The notes: generated from the letters alone by a model not told the origin. A DNA stretch of 24,465 bases from Octopus sinensis (GCF_006345805.1 NW_021836347.1:1-24465); one strand, 5' to 3'; shown: positions 9,004-20,415, numbered from the stretch's first letter. Made by a program: numbers and translations.

Positions 9004-9310
9004 CTTAGATGACTTAGATTGGTTTCGACCATTATCGGCCCAGGCCATGACTAACTCAATAGCACCTCCAATTCAAATAGACGGCGAAAAAATCGGACAT
9101 GAGGACGTGGTACACAAGAAATGTATTTGTGCTTGTCCTCATACTGTCCGTTTTTTTTTCGTTTTATTCGAATTGTTTGTTTATTGGAATTGACGATTTA
9201 CTGCACGCTCACACAGGGGGACGTTCACATCCTTCCGACGAATTGGAATATCTGATTCCTGGATTTCTTACTCTACCATTAAATTCCTACGTATTACGTC
9301 GTTTCTCCAC

Positions 9311-9312
<2 letters not shown>

Positions 9313-9358
<46 letters not shown>

Positions 9359-9750
9359 TATATATATAATATATATATATATTATATATATATGTTATAT
9401 AGCATAGATATATACATATATATATATATACATATACATATACACAGTTATATACATATATATACACATATATATGTATGTATGTATCTATCTATCTCTC
9501 TCTCTCACTCTCTCTCTCTCTCTCTACTATATATATATATATTATATACATTACATATATCCACACACACACACACACACACACACTATATATATATATA
9601 TATAGACACACACACATATATATATATATATGTGTATATTTACAGATGTATGATGGTAGTGATGATGATGATGACGATTATGATGTGGTGGTGGTGGAGA
9701 TATTGATGATGATGATGGTGGTAGTGTTATTGATGATGATGATTGATTAT
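9313..9750. repeat. Compound (TA)n/(CT)n/(CA)n then (GAT/GGT)n microsatellite block
   Basis: Direct reading of the sequence. Confidence 0.9.
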
Positions 9751-9957
9751 TTGTGGGACAGTAGTCGCCATTTTTTTTCGTAAATTATCTACCAATGCTC
9801 CTATACTTAAAACACTAATTTAGCTGCTAATTTTAGGGTGTCACGCAAACGCTTAGAGCTGGGAATGACGGGCAGCCCGTCCACGTTCAATTATTTAAAT
9901 GTCCGCAGACGAAATTTTTAAAAACTACACGACAAAAAAGAAAAATAAATAAACAAG

Positions 9958-10367
9958 AAGTGGCTGTGTGGTAAGTAGCTTGTCTACCAACCGCATGGTT
10001 CCGGGTTCAGTCCCACTGCGTGACACCTTGGGCAAGTGTCTTCTACTATAGCCTCGGCCCGACCAAAGCCTTGTGAGTGGATTTGGTAGACGGAAACTGA
10101 AAGAAGCCCGTCGTATATATGTATATATGTATATGTGTGTGTGTGTGTTTATGCGTCTGTATTTGTCCTCCTAGCATTGCTTGACAACCGATGCTGGTGT
10201 GTTTACGTCCCCGTTATTTAGCGGTTCGGCAAAAGAGACCGATAGAATAAGTACTGGGCTTACAAAAGAATAAGTCCCGGGGTCGATTTGCTCGATTAAA
10301 GGCGGTGCTCCAGCATGGCCGCAGTCAAATGACTGAAACAAGTAAAAGAGTAAAAGAGTAAAAGAGA
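9958..10367 (+). mobile_element. tRNA-headed CORE-type SINE, family B: head + internal TA/TG microsatellite + 3' module + (AAAGAGT)n tail
   Basis: TGGCTGTGTGGTAAG (A-box), GGTTCAGTCCC (B-box), MIR-CORE-like ACCTTGGGCAAGTGTCTT, and a 3' end GGCGGTGCTCCAGCATGGCCGCAGTCAAATGACTGAAACAAGT. Confidence 0.9.
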
Positions 10368-10733
10368 GTAAGAACACTCAGAGAGCGCAAACCTCCACCA
10401 AGGCAACACCAACGTCCTCTCAACGATTGGATGGAAACGGTTTTTAAAATGAGAATATCTGAAATAAATTCGACTGCTCTCACAAACGAGGATACTAAAA
10501 ATGAACCCGACCGTTTTGAAAAATTAAGTAACAAACAACAGGAAAAATAATCCAGAATCCTTGTCCGGTACTGGATCGATCCCAAAATCTAATCAACTTG
10601 TACCAGCCACAAGGCTAAACACCTTGAAAGTTTCATCCGAATCCATCCAGCGGTTCTTGAGATATCTTGTTCACGGACAAACAAACAAACACGACTGAAA
10701 ACAATACCTCTGCCTTCGCTAAGGCGGAAGTAA
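10368..10733. mobile_element. Non-autonomous Helentron/HINE-like element
   Basis: Sub-terminal motif ACCTCCACCAAGG (10391-10403). Terminal hairpin ACCTCTGCCTT-CGCT-AAGGCGGAAGT (10706-10731) that carries the inverted sub-terminal motif. (CAAA)n microsatellite just inside that end. Confidence 0.5.
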
Positions 10734-10841
10734 CAACAGTTTCAGCCTTAAGATCAATACTAATTTAATTAAATAAGTTACATAATTATAAATTTGTGAA
10801 GTTAAAAAATCATTACATTATCTTTCTCAGCCCACTTTTAC

Positions 10842-10945
10842 CATCTTGGGTACGTGTGCACTTGCAAAAAATCTATCTCGGTACTTAAAGAGGCCTTCAC
10901 CTCCACGTTGGCGTAGCGCCGCCACCTTCTCGGCTATAAATGCAT
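10842..10945 (-). CDS. Candidate internal coding exon (104 nt) of an unidentified host gene
   Basis: Acceptor cctgcattgtacag| and donor AAGATG|gtaaaa. Only one frame is open across it: xAFIAEKVAALRQRGGEGLFKYRDRFFASAHVPKM (phase 1 in, phase 0 out). Locally GC-enriched within AT-rich flanks. Confidence 0.5.
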
Positions 10946-11807
10946 CTGTACAATGCAGGTTTAACATAAATTAACAACACAAGCCGTTGCGCAGTGACAC
11001 CGATCTGTTTGACAGCACAACACACACACACGTACACACACACACGGACACACGGACACACATATATATATACACACAAACAACATTGGTGGTGTAGTTT
11101 ATTCTAATTAATAAGTACGTTCTGATGATATAATTTGGCTGTGATTACAGAAGTAGATATTATTCTAGTCTAAAACGCAAGGAATTCGTACAAACGTTTT
11201 ATTGACAAAAAAAAAAGAAAAAGAAAAAGAAAAAGAAAAAGAAAATAAATACTTAAATTAAACATACATTGTTCTTATATCTACATCAGCCAAACGACTT
11301 GTACGGCAAACTTCAATATCAGTCGTTCCAATCAGTTTAATTTATTATATTTTAAATGTTTTAATAACATAAATTTTACACTTTAGTTCGTAGATTTACA
11401 AATTAAAATGTAAAATTTATATTACTAATAAATCCCAAAGATAATAATTTAAATTGATTAGAACTTGCAGTGAAGTCAATCTTTTTCTTTTTTCAAATAT
11501 ATATATATATACATACATATATATAATATATATATATATAATATATATAATATATCACCACACCCATAACATACACCGTCGCACTCACCATACACCAGAA
11601 CGTATACCACTCTGCAACACTAATATACTATGTGCAGAAACACTTACAGAAATACAAACACACTAGCACACACATACCCCCCCCACACACACACACACAT
11701 AACACAGGCACACACACGCGCACGCGCGCAAACATACCTCTGGCACACGGTGACCAGTAGACTGTATAGTAGCCAATTGCTTAGTGAATGACCAGTTTTA
11801 TTTACAG

Positions 11808-11838
11808 AACCGTTTCATAGACATCAGACCAAGCGTTT
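11808..11838 (+). other. Possible 31-nt micro-exon
   Basis: ttttatttacag|AACCGTTTCATAGACATCAGACCAAGCGTTT|gtaaga. Strong splice consensus on both sides, but such matches arise by chance in AT-rich DNA. Confidence 0.15.
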
Positions 11839-11871
11839 GTAAGAACCATCATTACGATAGACAATTACCGA

Positions 11872-11873
11872 CG

Positions 11874-11938
<65 letters not shown>

Positions 11939-11986
11939 GACTACTACTACTACTACTACTACTGCTACTACCACCACCACCACGAC
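11872..11986. repeat. (ACT)n trinucleotide microsatellite
   Basis: Direct reading of the sequence. Confidence 0.95.
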
Positions 11987-12474
11987 GTTATCTTTTCATT
12001 TGAGAAAACAACTTCACGGCTGCTAGTCCTGCTACAAATATCTTTCAAAGCAACACTTCAGTAAAATGTTTTCTTTTTTCGGGTAAGGGACAAAGAAGAG
12101 ACAAGTGGTTGTTAACCAGCTAGACATAGCGGTCAAATAACCCTCACGTTACACTCTATCGTCTTCAAAAACAACGGAGATTGTATATGTATGCGTTTCT
12201 TTTCAATAACGAACGAGCGAGTATTCAATATATGTTGTATGTTCTTGTAGTTAAGCTGTTGGGTAAATTAAAAATTGATACACACATATAAACTCGCAAA
12301 ATCAATTAGACAATGAAATTGCTTTATCAATAGAAGAACTGAAATTATGTTACGGTGTAGGCACCAGAAGAAATTCATATGTATAATTTTGCTGTCCTGT
12401 TTTGTCATATATGTCTGTTTATGCTCGTTTTCACCTGCATCTCCTTGTCTCGTTTCGTCCTTAACTTCCTCACT

Positions 12475-12870
12475 TTGCAACCACGAGGCTTCAGGTTCAG
12501 TCACAATGCACAGAAGCTTGGGCAAATGTCTTCTACTACTGCCTCAGGCCGACCGATGTCTTCTGAGTCAATTTGGTACTCGGAAACTGTATAGAAGCCT
12601 GTCATATATATTTAATCGCATGTATATATAAACATATATACACATACATCTACATACGCATACAAGTACGCGCGCATGCACACATACATATGTGTGTGTG
12701 TGTGTGTGTGCGTTTGTCTTTGTGCTTGTTCGCAACCAACCACTTGAAAGCCGGGGGGGGGGGTTGTTTACCTCCTCATAACTTATAGGTTCGGCAAAAG
12801 AGACCGATAGAATAAATACCAGGCTGAAAATACTGGAGGCGTTCTGTTTGGTTAAACCCTTCAAGGGTCC
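12475..12870 (+). mobile_element. Diverged family B CORE-SINE (head, microsatellite, partial 3' module)
   Basis: GGTTCAGTCAC...CTTGGGCAAATGTCTTCTAC and GGTTCGGCAAAAGAGACCGATAGAATAA align to 9958-10367. Confidence 0.7.
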
Positions 12871-13109
12871 ATCGCAAACCAATAAATGAAACAAACCAAT
12901 ACAACAGTAGCTAGTACATTACTTCCACGCTTAAAACATTACCAATAATCCTTATATAGCTCCAGATGTTATTTTCCACTATTATAGTGCAACTACATAG
13001 AACCTCTATTAATTACGTATTCATACCAACCCAGAAAAACTCACCAGAAATCAACGCAGATAAATTATCCTCTCCAACAACAAACCATCAACAACTCAGT
13101 TTTTCTCGC

Positions 13110-14071
13110 TCAAGGTACAAGGCCCGAAATTTTGGGGGAGGTGGCCAGTCGAGTACATCGACTCCAGTACGCAACTGGTACTTAATTTATCGACCCCAAA
13201 AGGATGAAAGGCAAAGTCGACCGCGGTAGAATTTGAACTCAGAACGTAAAGACACGAAATAATGCTAAGCATTTCGCCCGGCGTACTAACGTTTCTACCA
13301 GCTCGCTGCCTTAAAAGTATTCATTTCTACTCTAGGTACAAAGCCCGAATTTTTCAGGGAGAGGGCAGCCGATTAGAGAAACCCCAGTACACAACTGGTA
13401 CTAAATTTATCGAGCCCGATATAAAGAGAGACGAAATACCGCCAAGCATTTCGCCCGACGTGCTAACGTTTCTTATTTCTTTATTACCCACAAGGGGCTA
13501 AACATAGAAGGGTCAAACAATGACAGACAGAGGGATTAAATCGATTGCATCGACCACAGTGCGTAACTGGTACTTAGTTTATCGACCCCGAAAGTATGAA
13601 AGGCAAAGTCGATCTTGGCAAAATTTGAACTCAGAACGTAAAGAGAGAAACGAAATACCTATTTATTTACTACCCACAAGGGGCTAAACACAGAGAGGAC
13701 AAACCAGGACAGACAAACGGATTAAGTCGATTATATCGACCCCAGTGCGTAACTGGTACTTAATTTATCAACCCCGAAAGGATGAAAGGCAAAGTCGACC
13801 TTGGCGGAATTTGAACTCAGAACGTAACGGCAGACGAAATACCTATTTCTTTACTACCCTCAAGGGGCTAAATATAGAGGGGACAAACAAGGACAGACAT
13901 AGGTATTAAGTCGATTACATCGACCTCAGTGCATAACTGGTGCTTAATTTATCGGCCCCGAAAGGATGAAAGGTAAAGTCGACCTCGGCGGAATTTGAAC
14001 TCAGAACGTAACGGCAGACGAAATACCGCTAAGCATTTCGCCCGGCGTGCTAACGTTTCTGCCAGCTTGCC
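13110..14071 (-). mobile_element. Head-to-tail array of five family A SINE units
   Basis: Units at about 13110-13310, 13322-13472, 13474-13659, 13660-13843 and 13844-14071. Each contains AACTGGTACTTAATTTATCGACCCC-like sequence, and most contain GAATTTGAACTCAGAACG. Confidence 0.9.
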
Positions 14072-14562
14072 TCCTTGAATGCTATAGAAACACAAACACT
14101 GTCGATAATATATCTTATAGCAGCCCTTTGCACACACTCACACACGCACACAACGTTGCACACTACACTAAACGACCACGCTATGGCATTGCACCACACA
14201 CACATGCCCCTCCCGTCTTTTCCTCTTATCAACACTCCTGTATGTGTGTGTGTGTGTGAACAAATCTGTTTGCAGACACATAATTTCGCCCATCAGTTCA
14301 CAAACGCATAGAACTTACATAGCTCAACACATATACACGCACGCACGCACGTACACACACACACACGGAATACATATATATATATATATACACGTACGCA
14401 TGGGCACACGCACAACACCAACATAGCAGAGGTTAGGATCACTAAATGTCCTGTTTAGTACGGAATGATGTAAAGTAGTATTTATACTAATTGGTGATTT
14501 TGAGCGATTCAGTTAAGTATGTAGTAGAAATACCATAGTGTTAAGTTAACCTCTCTCTCACT

Positions 14563-14600
<38 letters not shown>

Positions 14601-14729
14601 CTGTGTGTCAAAGGTGGTACATAAAATTACACGATCAAAGAACACTTTGTAACTGAGTAACATTGCTTAAGCATTTATTTAGCCGGCAGTCATTTTGTTT
14701 TACTCTTTATTTTCACGTTTATTTTCTTG

Positions 14730-15106
14730 CTAGCAGTATCGTCCGGCGTTGCTCGGGTTTGTTTCGAGACCTTTACAATTGGAATTTTTGAAAAGTAAAA
14801 ATTTTGCATTATGTAGCTTGTTATTCTCTTTAAGTGAACATTTTTCTGATTGAAATAAACAGAAAAATGGCGACACAGCAGCCAATAAATCGTTAAAAAT
14901 AGGGATTTTCATAGAAAATAAAAAAGCAACTTTTTGATGAAAATAATTTTTGGTGTTAACATGGTCCGATAGAAGAGCAAGCCTTCTTCTATCATAGTCT
15001 CAATTTTGGTCAACTTGCGTCGCAGGGTTTCGGAGGAGATAGTGTTAGTTGAAGGCTACCAAACCTGCCATACACAGACAACTTCAGCTTTATATATAGA
15101 GAGAGA
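14730..15106 (-). mobile_element. Non-autonomous Helitron
   Basis: Minus strand 5' A|TCTCTCTCTATATATAAAGCTGAAGTTG and 3' CCCGAGCAACGCCGGACGATACTG-CTAG. The termini match 21657-22063. The base after CTAG is C rather than the canonical T. Confidence 0.8.
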
Positions 15107-15425
15107 TAACTGGCTAGAGAAAAGGAAGCTCCAACCACCTCTTTCTCGGCGGGTTTTCCTAAACTGATAAAGGGTTATAAGTAAAAACAATAACTACTTC
15201 CACTGTAGAAAGTAGCAAGCTTATGAACGTAACGAGGACTGGTTCAAATAGTGGCAACGGATTGATCGAACTAACCTGAAAGGCTACCGTGAATTAAGGA
15301 GTGGTGTTAAACCGGGAGACGTATTAACTCTATCGCAGAAACTTGTTCGTAATTGATTGTTCTTAGTTGTTTGTATATCTGAATACATTAGTTTGTTGTT
15401 TGTCAAACTATCAGCGTGTCATTCC

Positions 15426-15705
<280 letters not shown>

Positions 15706-15707
15706 AA

Positions 15708-15937
15708 ACACACATACACACACGCATACACACACACACACGCACACGCACATACACACATTCACCTGCATACAATTACCCATCTATGTACGCATCCATT
15801 TATCATTCGTCCATACACACATCGGTTTATCTCCGTGTGTGTATGTACGCATATATATATATATACATATAAATATATCAACCTTCTATATACACACACA
15901 CATACACACACATATATAATGTGTGTTTGTATATAAC

Positions 15938-16005
<68 letters not shown>

Positions 16006-16075
16006 TGTATATGTATATAATACGTACAATATGTGTGTATGTGTGTGGGTGTGAGTGTGTGAGTGTGTGTATAAA
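15708..16075. repeat. Degenerate (CA)n, pure (TA)n (~15940-16002) and (TG)n
   Basis: Direct reading of the sequence. Confidence 0.9.
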
Positions 16076-16261
16076 TATTGAATTATGAAACCTTGAAAAT
16101 ACTAATAAATTCAAACTATGTTGGGTTTTTTCTATGCCTCTCCTGTCTTTTCTATTATTAACACCCCTGTATAAGTGTCTGAACGTATCTATCTGTAGAC
16201 ACATAATTTCGCCCACCAGCTCACAAACGCATAGAACTCACATAGTACTTAGAAATATATA

Positions 16262-16453
16262 TATATGGTGGATTCTCTCATCGAAGACGATGAATGAGGG
16301 TTCAGTAAATAACCTTCAACAATTCCTAAGCCTTGTGAAACCGCATGTGTACCTTCAATCCAGCAGATGTCTTGCACACTTTCTCGCACATGGTACACCG
16401 GCATGTATTCGTTGGTTGAAAATGTCTCCTCGAGTGGACGGCTAACCCAGCTT

Positions 16454-16455
<2 letters not shown>
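16262..16455 (-). mobile_element. 3' end of an RTE-clade LINE (C-terminal C2H2 zinc finger + short 3' UTR), 5'-truncated
   Basis: KAGLAVHSRRH...CTMCEKVCKTSAGLKVHMRFHKA* (CxxC...GLxxHxxxH, non-TGEKP linker), then ATCGTCTTCGATGAGAGAATCCACC running into a (TA) tail. Confidence 0.7.
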
Positions 16456-16530
<75 letters not shown>

Positions 16531-16790
16531 CAGAGATACAACACTATTTATTTCTGCTAGCTTGTTCGTAAGTTGTTTATAATTGGTTCGTGTATATGTG
16601 TGGGTAAACTGCGTATATGTATATGTGTATAAGTATGTGTTTGATGGGGATTGGGGTATTACGTGTAAATGTATAGATTGTGTATATGTATGCCATATGC
16701 ACACGTATAAAGTACTATGCGTGTTTGTACCATGTATGTCTTGTGGATGTGTGTCTATATGAAGGAGTGTAATTGTATGTACGGAGAGCT

Positions 16791-17131
16791 CTCTTTTACT
16801 CTCTTACTTGTTTCAGTCATTTGACTGCGGCCATGCTGGAGCACGTTGTGTGCGTATATAGTTGTGTGTGTCTATTTAGTTGTGTGTGCTTGTACATTTG
16901 TGAGTGCTTGTATAGTTGTGTGTGTGGTGTGTGCGTGTACATAATTGTGTACATATATATACATATATACGACGGGCTTCTTTCAGTTTCCGTTTACTAA
17001 ATCCACTCACAAGGCTTTGGTTGGCCCGAGGCTATAGTAGAAGACACTTGCCCAAGATGCCACGCAGTGGGACTGAACTCAGAACCATGTGGTTGGTAAG
17101 CAAGCTACTTACCACACAGCCACTCTTGCGC
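16791..17131 (-). mobile_element. Family B CORE-SINE with its central 3' module replaced by TG-rich sequence
   Basis: 3' end CTTGTTTCAGTCATTTGACTGCGGCCATGCTGGAGCAC (16807-16844, read on +). The head at 16971-17131 is the reverse complement of 9958-10115. Confidence 0.85.
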
Positions 17132-17159
17132 CAATGTATGTATGTATGAAGAAAGTAGC

Positions 17160-17660
17160 GTATATATATATATGTGTGTGAATGTACAGATGTTTCTGTA
17201 TGTGAACAGGTGTGTGTTTGAGAGCTATAGATGTGATTGTAAAACTGTGTGTGTATGTGTGTATGAATAGTTGAGTACGTGTAAGTATAATTTTGTATGT
17301 GTGTATGTATAGTCGTGTGTATATGTATAGCTGTGTTTGAATAGATATTTGTGTGTATGTATAGTTGTGTGTGCTTGTAGAGATGTATGTGTGTGTATAG
17401 TTGTGTGTGTCTATATAGTTGTGTACGTTTGTACATTTGTGAGTGCTTTTATAGTTGTGTGTGTGGTGTGTGCGTGTACATAATTGTGTGTGTGTGTGTT
17501 TGTGTTTGGTGGTGTGTATGTGTGTATGAGTGCACAGCCATATATGCTAGTGTGTATACATGTTTATGGGTACATGTGTACAGCTTTATGTGTGGTACGG
17601 ATGTATGTATGCGTGTGGAGCAGAACATAGCTGTTTGCGTGTGTGTGTGTGTGTGAACCT
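17160..17660. repeat. Degenerate TG-rich minisatellite (TATAGTTGTGTG motif)
   Basis: Recurrent TATAGTTGTGTG-like units roughly every 16-20 bp. Confidence 0.75.
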
Positions 17661-18638
17661 GTGTAAAAGCTTAGTTAAGTAAATGTGTTTGTTTGTATGT
17701 TTGTGCGTGTGTGTATGTGTGTCTGTATCTGTCTGCCTTTGTTAATCAGACAAGGTGTGTACGAGCGCAAGTGTGAGTGCGTATGAGCGAACAGGTGAGG
17801 GTGGATGCGTGCGTGCGTGTGTGTGTGTGTATAAAATTGTCGTATTAAGAAAAAGAGGTCAATAAACTCTGTAATTATCAGGAAGTTTGGACAGATTAAA
17901 GAACTAAACAAACGTGTTGGTTTATGGTTGCTAGTTTAGCAAGCTGGAATGATATAAATATTGGTTTCACAACATTGTCAAGTAAATAAACTAATTTATA
18001 AACAAATCAATGAATTAATTAATCACAGAATGCAAATAATTCTGTTATTCTCCGATGCTACTTCCTCTTGTATGGAACTCTCTCTCTCCCCCTCCGGCTC
18101 TGTCTATCTGTCAGCCTGTCTGTCTGTCTCACTCTCTCTCTCTCTCTCTCTGTTTCTATCTCTCTACTCTTTCCGTTATATTTCCTCCCTGTGCTTTGTA
18201 TTGTTTCTAAAGTAATACACTAGGTGATGTAATTGCAATGCAATAAAAAACACTTGTGTATTAATAATTGGGTATTCAACCAGCAGTATATTGGATAGAT
18301 ATTATCCCTTAGTGGGTTGGATTCACAACCCCTAACATTCTTGGAGTATACACACACACACACACATAAACAAATAGTCAATATAAGACTTAATTTATTA
18401 AACAAAGTTTAATAAATTTCATCAAATAAATGAAATGAAGCCGATTAGATGTTAAAATGGACTACCCTTTTATTTCATAATCCTAGATAATTGTTTCTGA
18501 CAAAAAGGACCAAGATTTCAATAAAGAGAACATTACAAAGGTCGAATTTGTACTCTTCAGTAGGTGAGATTTAAAGGAGAATAAACAAAAAGACGTTTAA
18601 AATATACATTGAATTTTATCTTAGTTATCATTATTGGA

Positions 18639-18825
18639 TGGAAGCACTCCGTCGGTTACGACGACGAGAGTTCCGGTTGATCCGAATCAACGGAACAGCC
18701 TGCTCGTGAAATTAACGTGTAAGTGGCTGAGCACTCCACAGACACGTGTACCCTTAATGTAGTTCTCGGGGATATTCAGCGTGACACAGAGAGTGACAAG
18801 GCCGGCCCTTTGAAATACAACAGAA
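18639..18825 (-). mobile_element. Family C SINE, 3' fragment
   Basis: Near-identical to 5471-5660 and 22412-22600. Confidence 0.9.
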
Positions 18826-19188
18826 TATGCTTCAACACACGAACTCATATAAAGAATCTTGCAAACCAAATCCCAAATCGAAATACTTTTATTTCATTTT
18901 AAGACAATCACATAAATGATCCCCTTTAAATATATCTTTACAGTAGCTCGTATGTATTTCAAATGGTTCATTCTTTTAAATATATGTAGCTGAGTTTAGA
19001 TAATTGGTGCAACCTATAATACTCATATTGGCTATTTATTTTTGTGTGTTGACAAGAGACAATAATCTCGAAACTGCAGTCCATGCGTATCACTTAGGTT
19101 TTCGAGAGGGGATGACCTCCCTTTGCAAATATCATAAGGGCACACAATTGTGTCTAAAGCTAGCTGGAGACGATGATCTCATGGGGCT

Positions 19189-19251
19189 AAAAAGCTACAG
19201 TAACACCCACCCCTAGTGGTTAGCCATATTGAGATGGCTAGTATACTTTAC
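19189..19251 (+). mobile_element. Internal fragment of the 21657-22063 Helitron family
   Basis: AAAAAGCTACAGTAACACCC...TAGCCATATTGAGATGGCTA..TATACTTTAC matches 21936-21997. Confidence 0.7.
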
Positions 19252-19615
19252 GTATTTATTTTTTACTTTCCAGAAATACTTCAATAAAAAAAACTAGATA
19301 AACTATTAATCAATCTCTATTGGTAGTTCTAACTTGCAATTTACTTAAAACCATAGAAGGTTTGATAGATGACGGTTAAAAAATTTTTAAATATGAATTT
19401 GAAATAACATATTTCGTAGTTCTAATTATTTGGTAGTTCTAATTATTTGGTACTTCTGAATGTACATACACATACATCTGGGCCAGTATTTTTTTATGGA
19501 GTTTTTAAAATAGATATTTATTGGATTTCATAGTGAGGAAGTCAAGAATTAACTCTTAGATCCTTAAACAGCCAAGTCCTTTAACTTCATAGTCTTGATT
19601 CAAATTTTCGTACAT

Positions 19616-19673
19616 GGCGGTGCCCCAGCATGGCCACAGCTCATAAGCTGAAACTCGAATCAATCAATCAATC
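19616..19673 (+). mobile_element. SINE 3' tail fragment with (CAAT)n end
   Basis: GGCGGTGCCCCAGCATGGCCACAGCTCATAAGCTGAAAC resembles the 3' end at 10302-10340. Confidence 0.6.
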
Positions 19674-19701
19674 ATACTAATACCTATATAATAATGATAG
19701 T

Positions 19702-19848
19702 GGAGGCGCAATGGCCCAGTGGTTAGGGCAGCGGACTCGCGGTCATTGGATCGCGGTTTCGATTCCCAGACCTAAAGCTCCAAGAGGCTCCGGCAGGGGA
19801 TGGTGGTGATCCCTGCTGTACTCTTTCACCACAACTTTCTCTCACTCT
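19702..19848 (+). mobile_element. Family C SINE: intact tRNA-like head (A and B boxes), internally deleted and 3'-truncated
   Basis: A-box TGGCCCAGTGG (19712-19722) and B-box GGTTTCGATTCC (19755-19766). TAAAGCTCC...CTCACTCT is the reverse complement of 22613-22688. Confidence 0.9.
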
Positions 19849-20244
19849 GCAAACCGTTAACTGATAAAATTTATGCATAAAGAACATAGTATAAAACATG
19901 GTATAAACCTTAGAAAGGGAAAGAAGGTAGCGTATATTGGAGTTGTAAAGTAAGAATAGAGCAATATATACATGTAGGGTGTTTAGTAAAGGTAAAGCTC
20001 AAGTAGATATATTGGTAAAATGTCATATTATGATATTATGTACATCCATATTAAAGCAATAGAAAATTAGTATGTAAAGTTTTATTCAAGTAGGTATAGT
20101 TATTATTAATCTTAAATTAAGGTGGAAGTCGTTCCAGAGAATCTATTGCTTATTGTAAATATATATATATATATATATATATATCTATATATATATATAT
20201 GTGTGTTGTGTGTATATATATGTTTATATTTGTGTGTGTTTTGT

Positions 20245-20415
20245 TACCCCCACCATCGCTTGACAACAGAGGCTGGTGTGTTTACTTCGGTTCGGCGAAA
20301 GAGCCGATAGAATAAGGAACAGGCTTTCAAAGAATAAGTCCAGGAGTTGACTCGTTCGACTAAAAGGCGGTGCTCCAGCATGGCCGCAGTCAAATGACTG
20401 AAAAAAGTAAAGGAA
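20245..20415 (+). mobile_element. Family B SINE 3' module
   Basis: CCACCATCGCTTGACAAC...GGCGGTGCTCCAGCATGGCCGCAGTCAAATGACTGAA aligns to 10170-10345. Confidence 0.85.

Noticed and set aside
9867-9881. Small palindrome GACGGG-CAG-CCCGTC
   Set aside because: A 6-bp stem is expected by chance and has no associated element ends.
12347-12631. ORF MLRCRHQKKFICIILLSCFVIYVCL..., type II membrane-like
   Set aside because: It runs straight into a decayed SINE, has no donor, and its hydrophobicity follows from T-rich composition.
13474-14071. Regularly spaced repeats as a CRISPR-like array
   Set aside because: The units are whole SINE bodies without unique spacers, in eukaryotic DNA with no cas genes.
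15210-15350. Protein-like frame AYERNEDWFK*WQRIDRTNLKGYRELRSGVKPGDVLTLSQKLV
   Set aside because: Internal stop and no recognisable family; possibly an old element relic but not supportable.
19702-19772. Possible tRNA gene
   Set aside because: It is a SINE head: continuous with the SINE body and lacking a complete cloverleaf.
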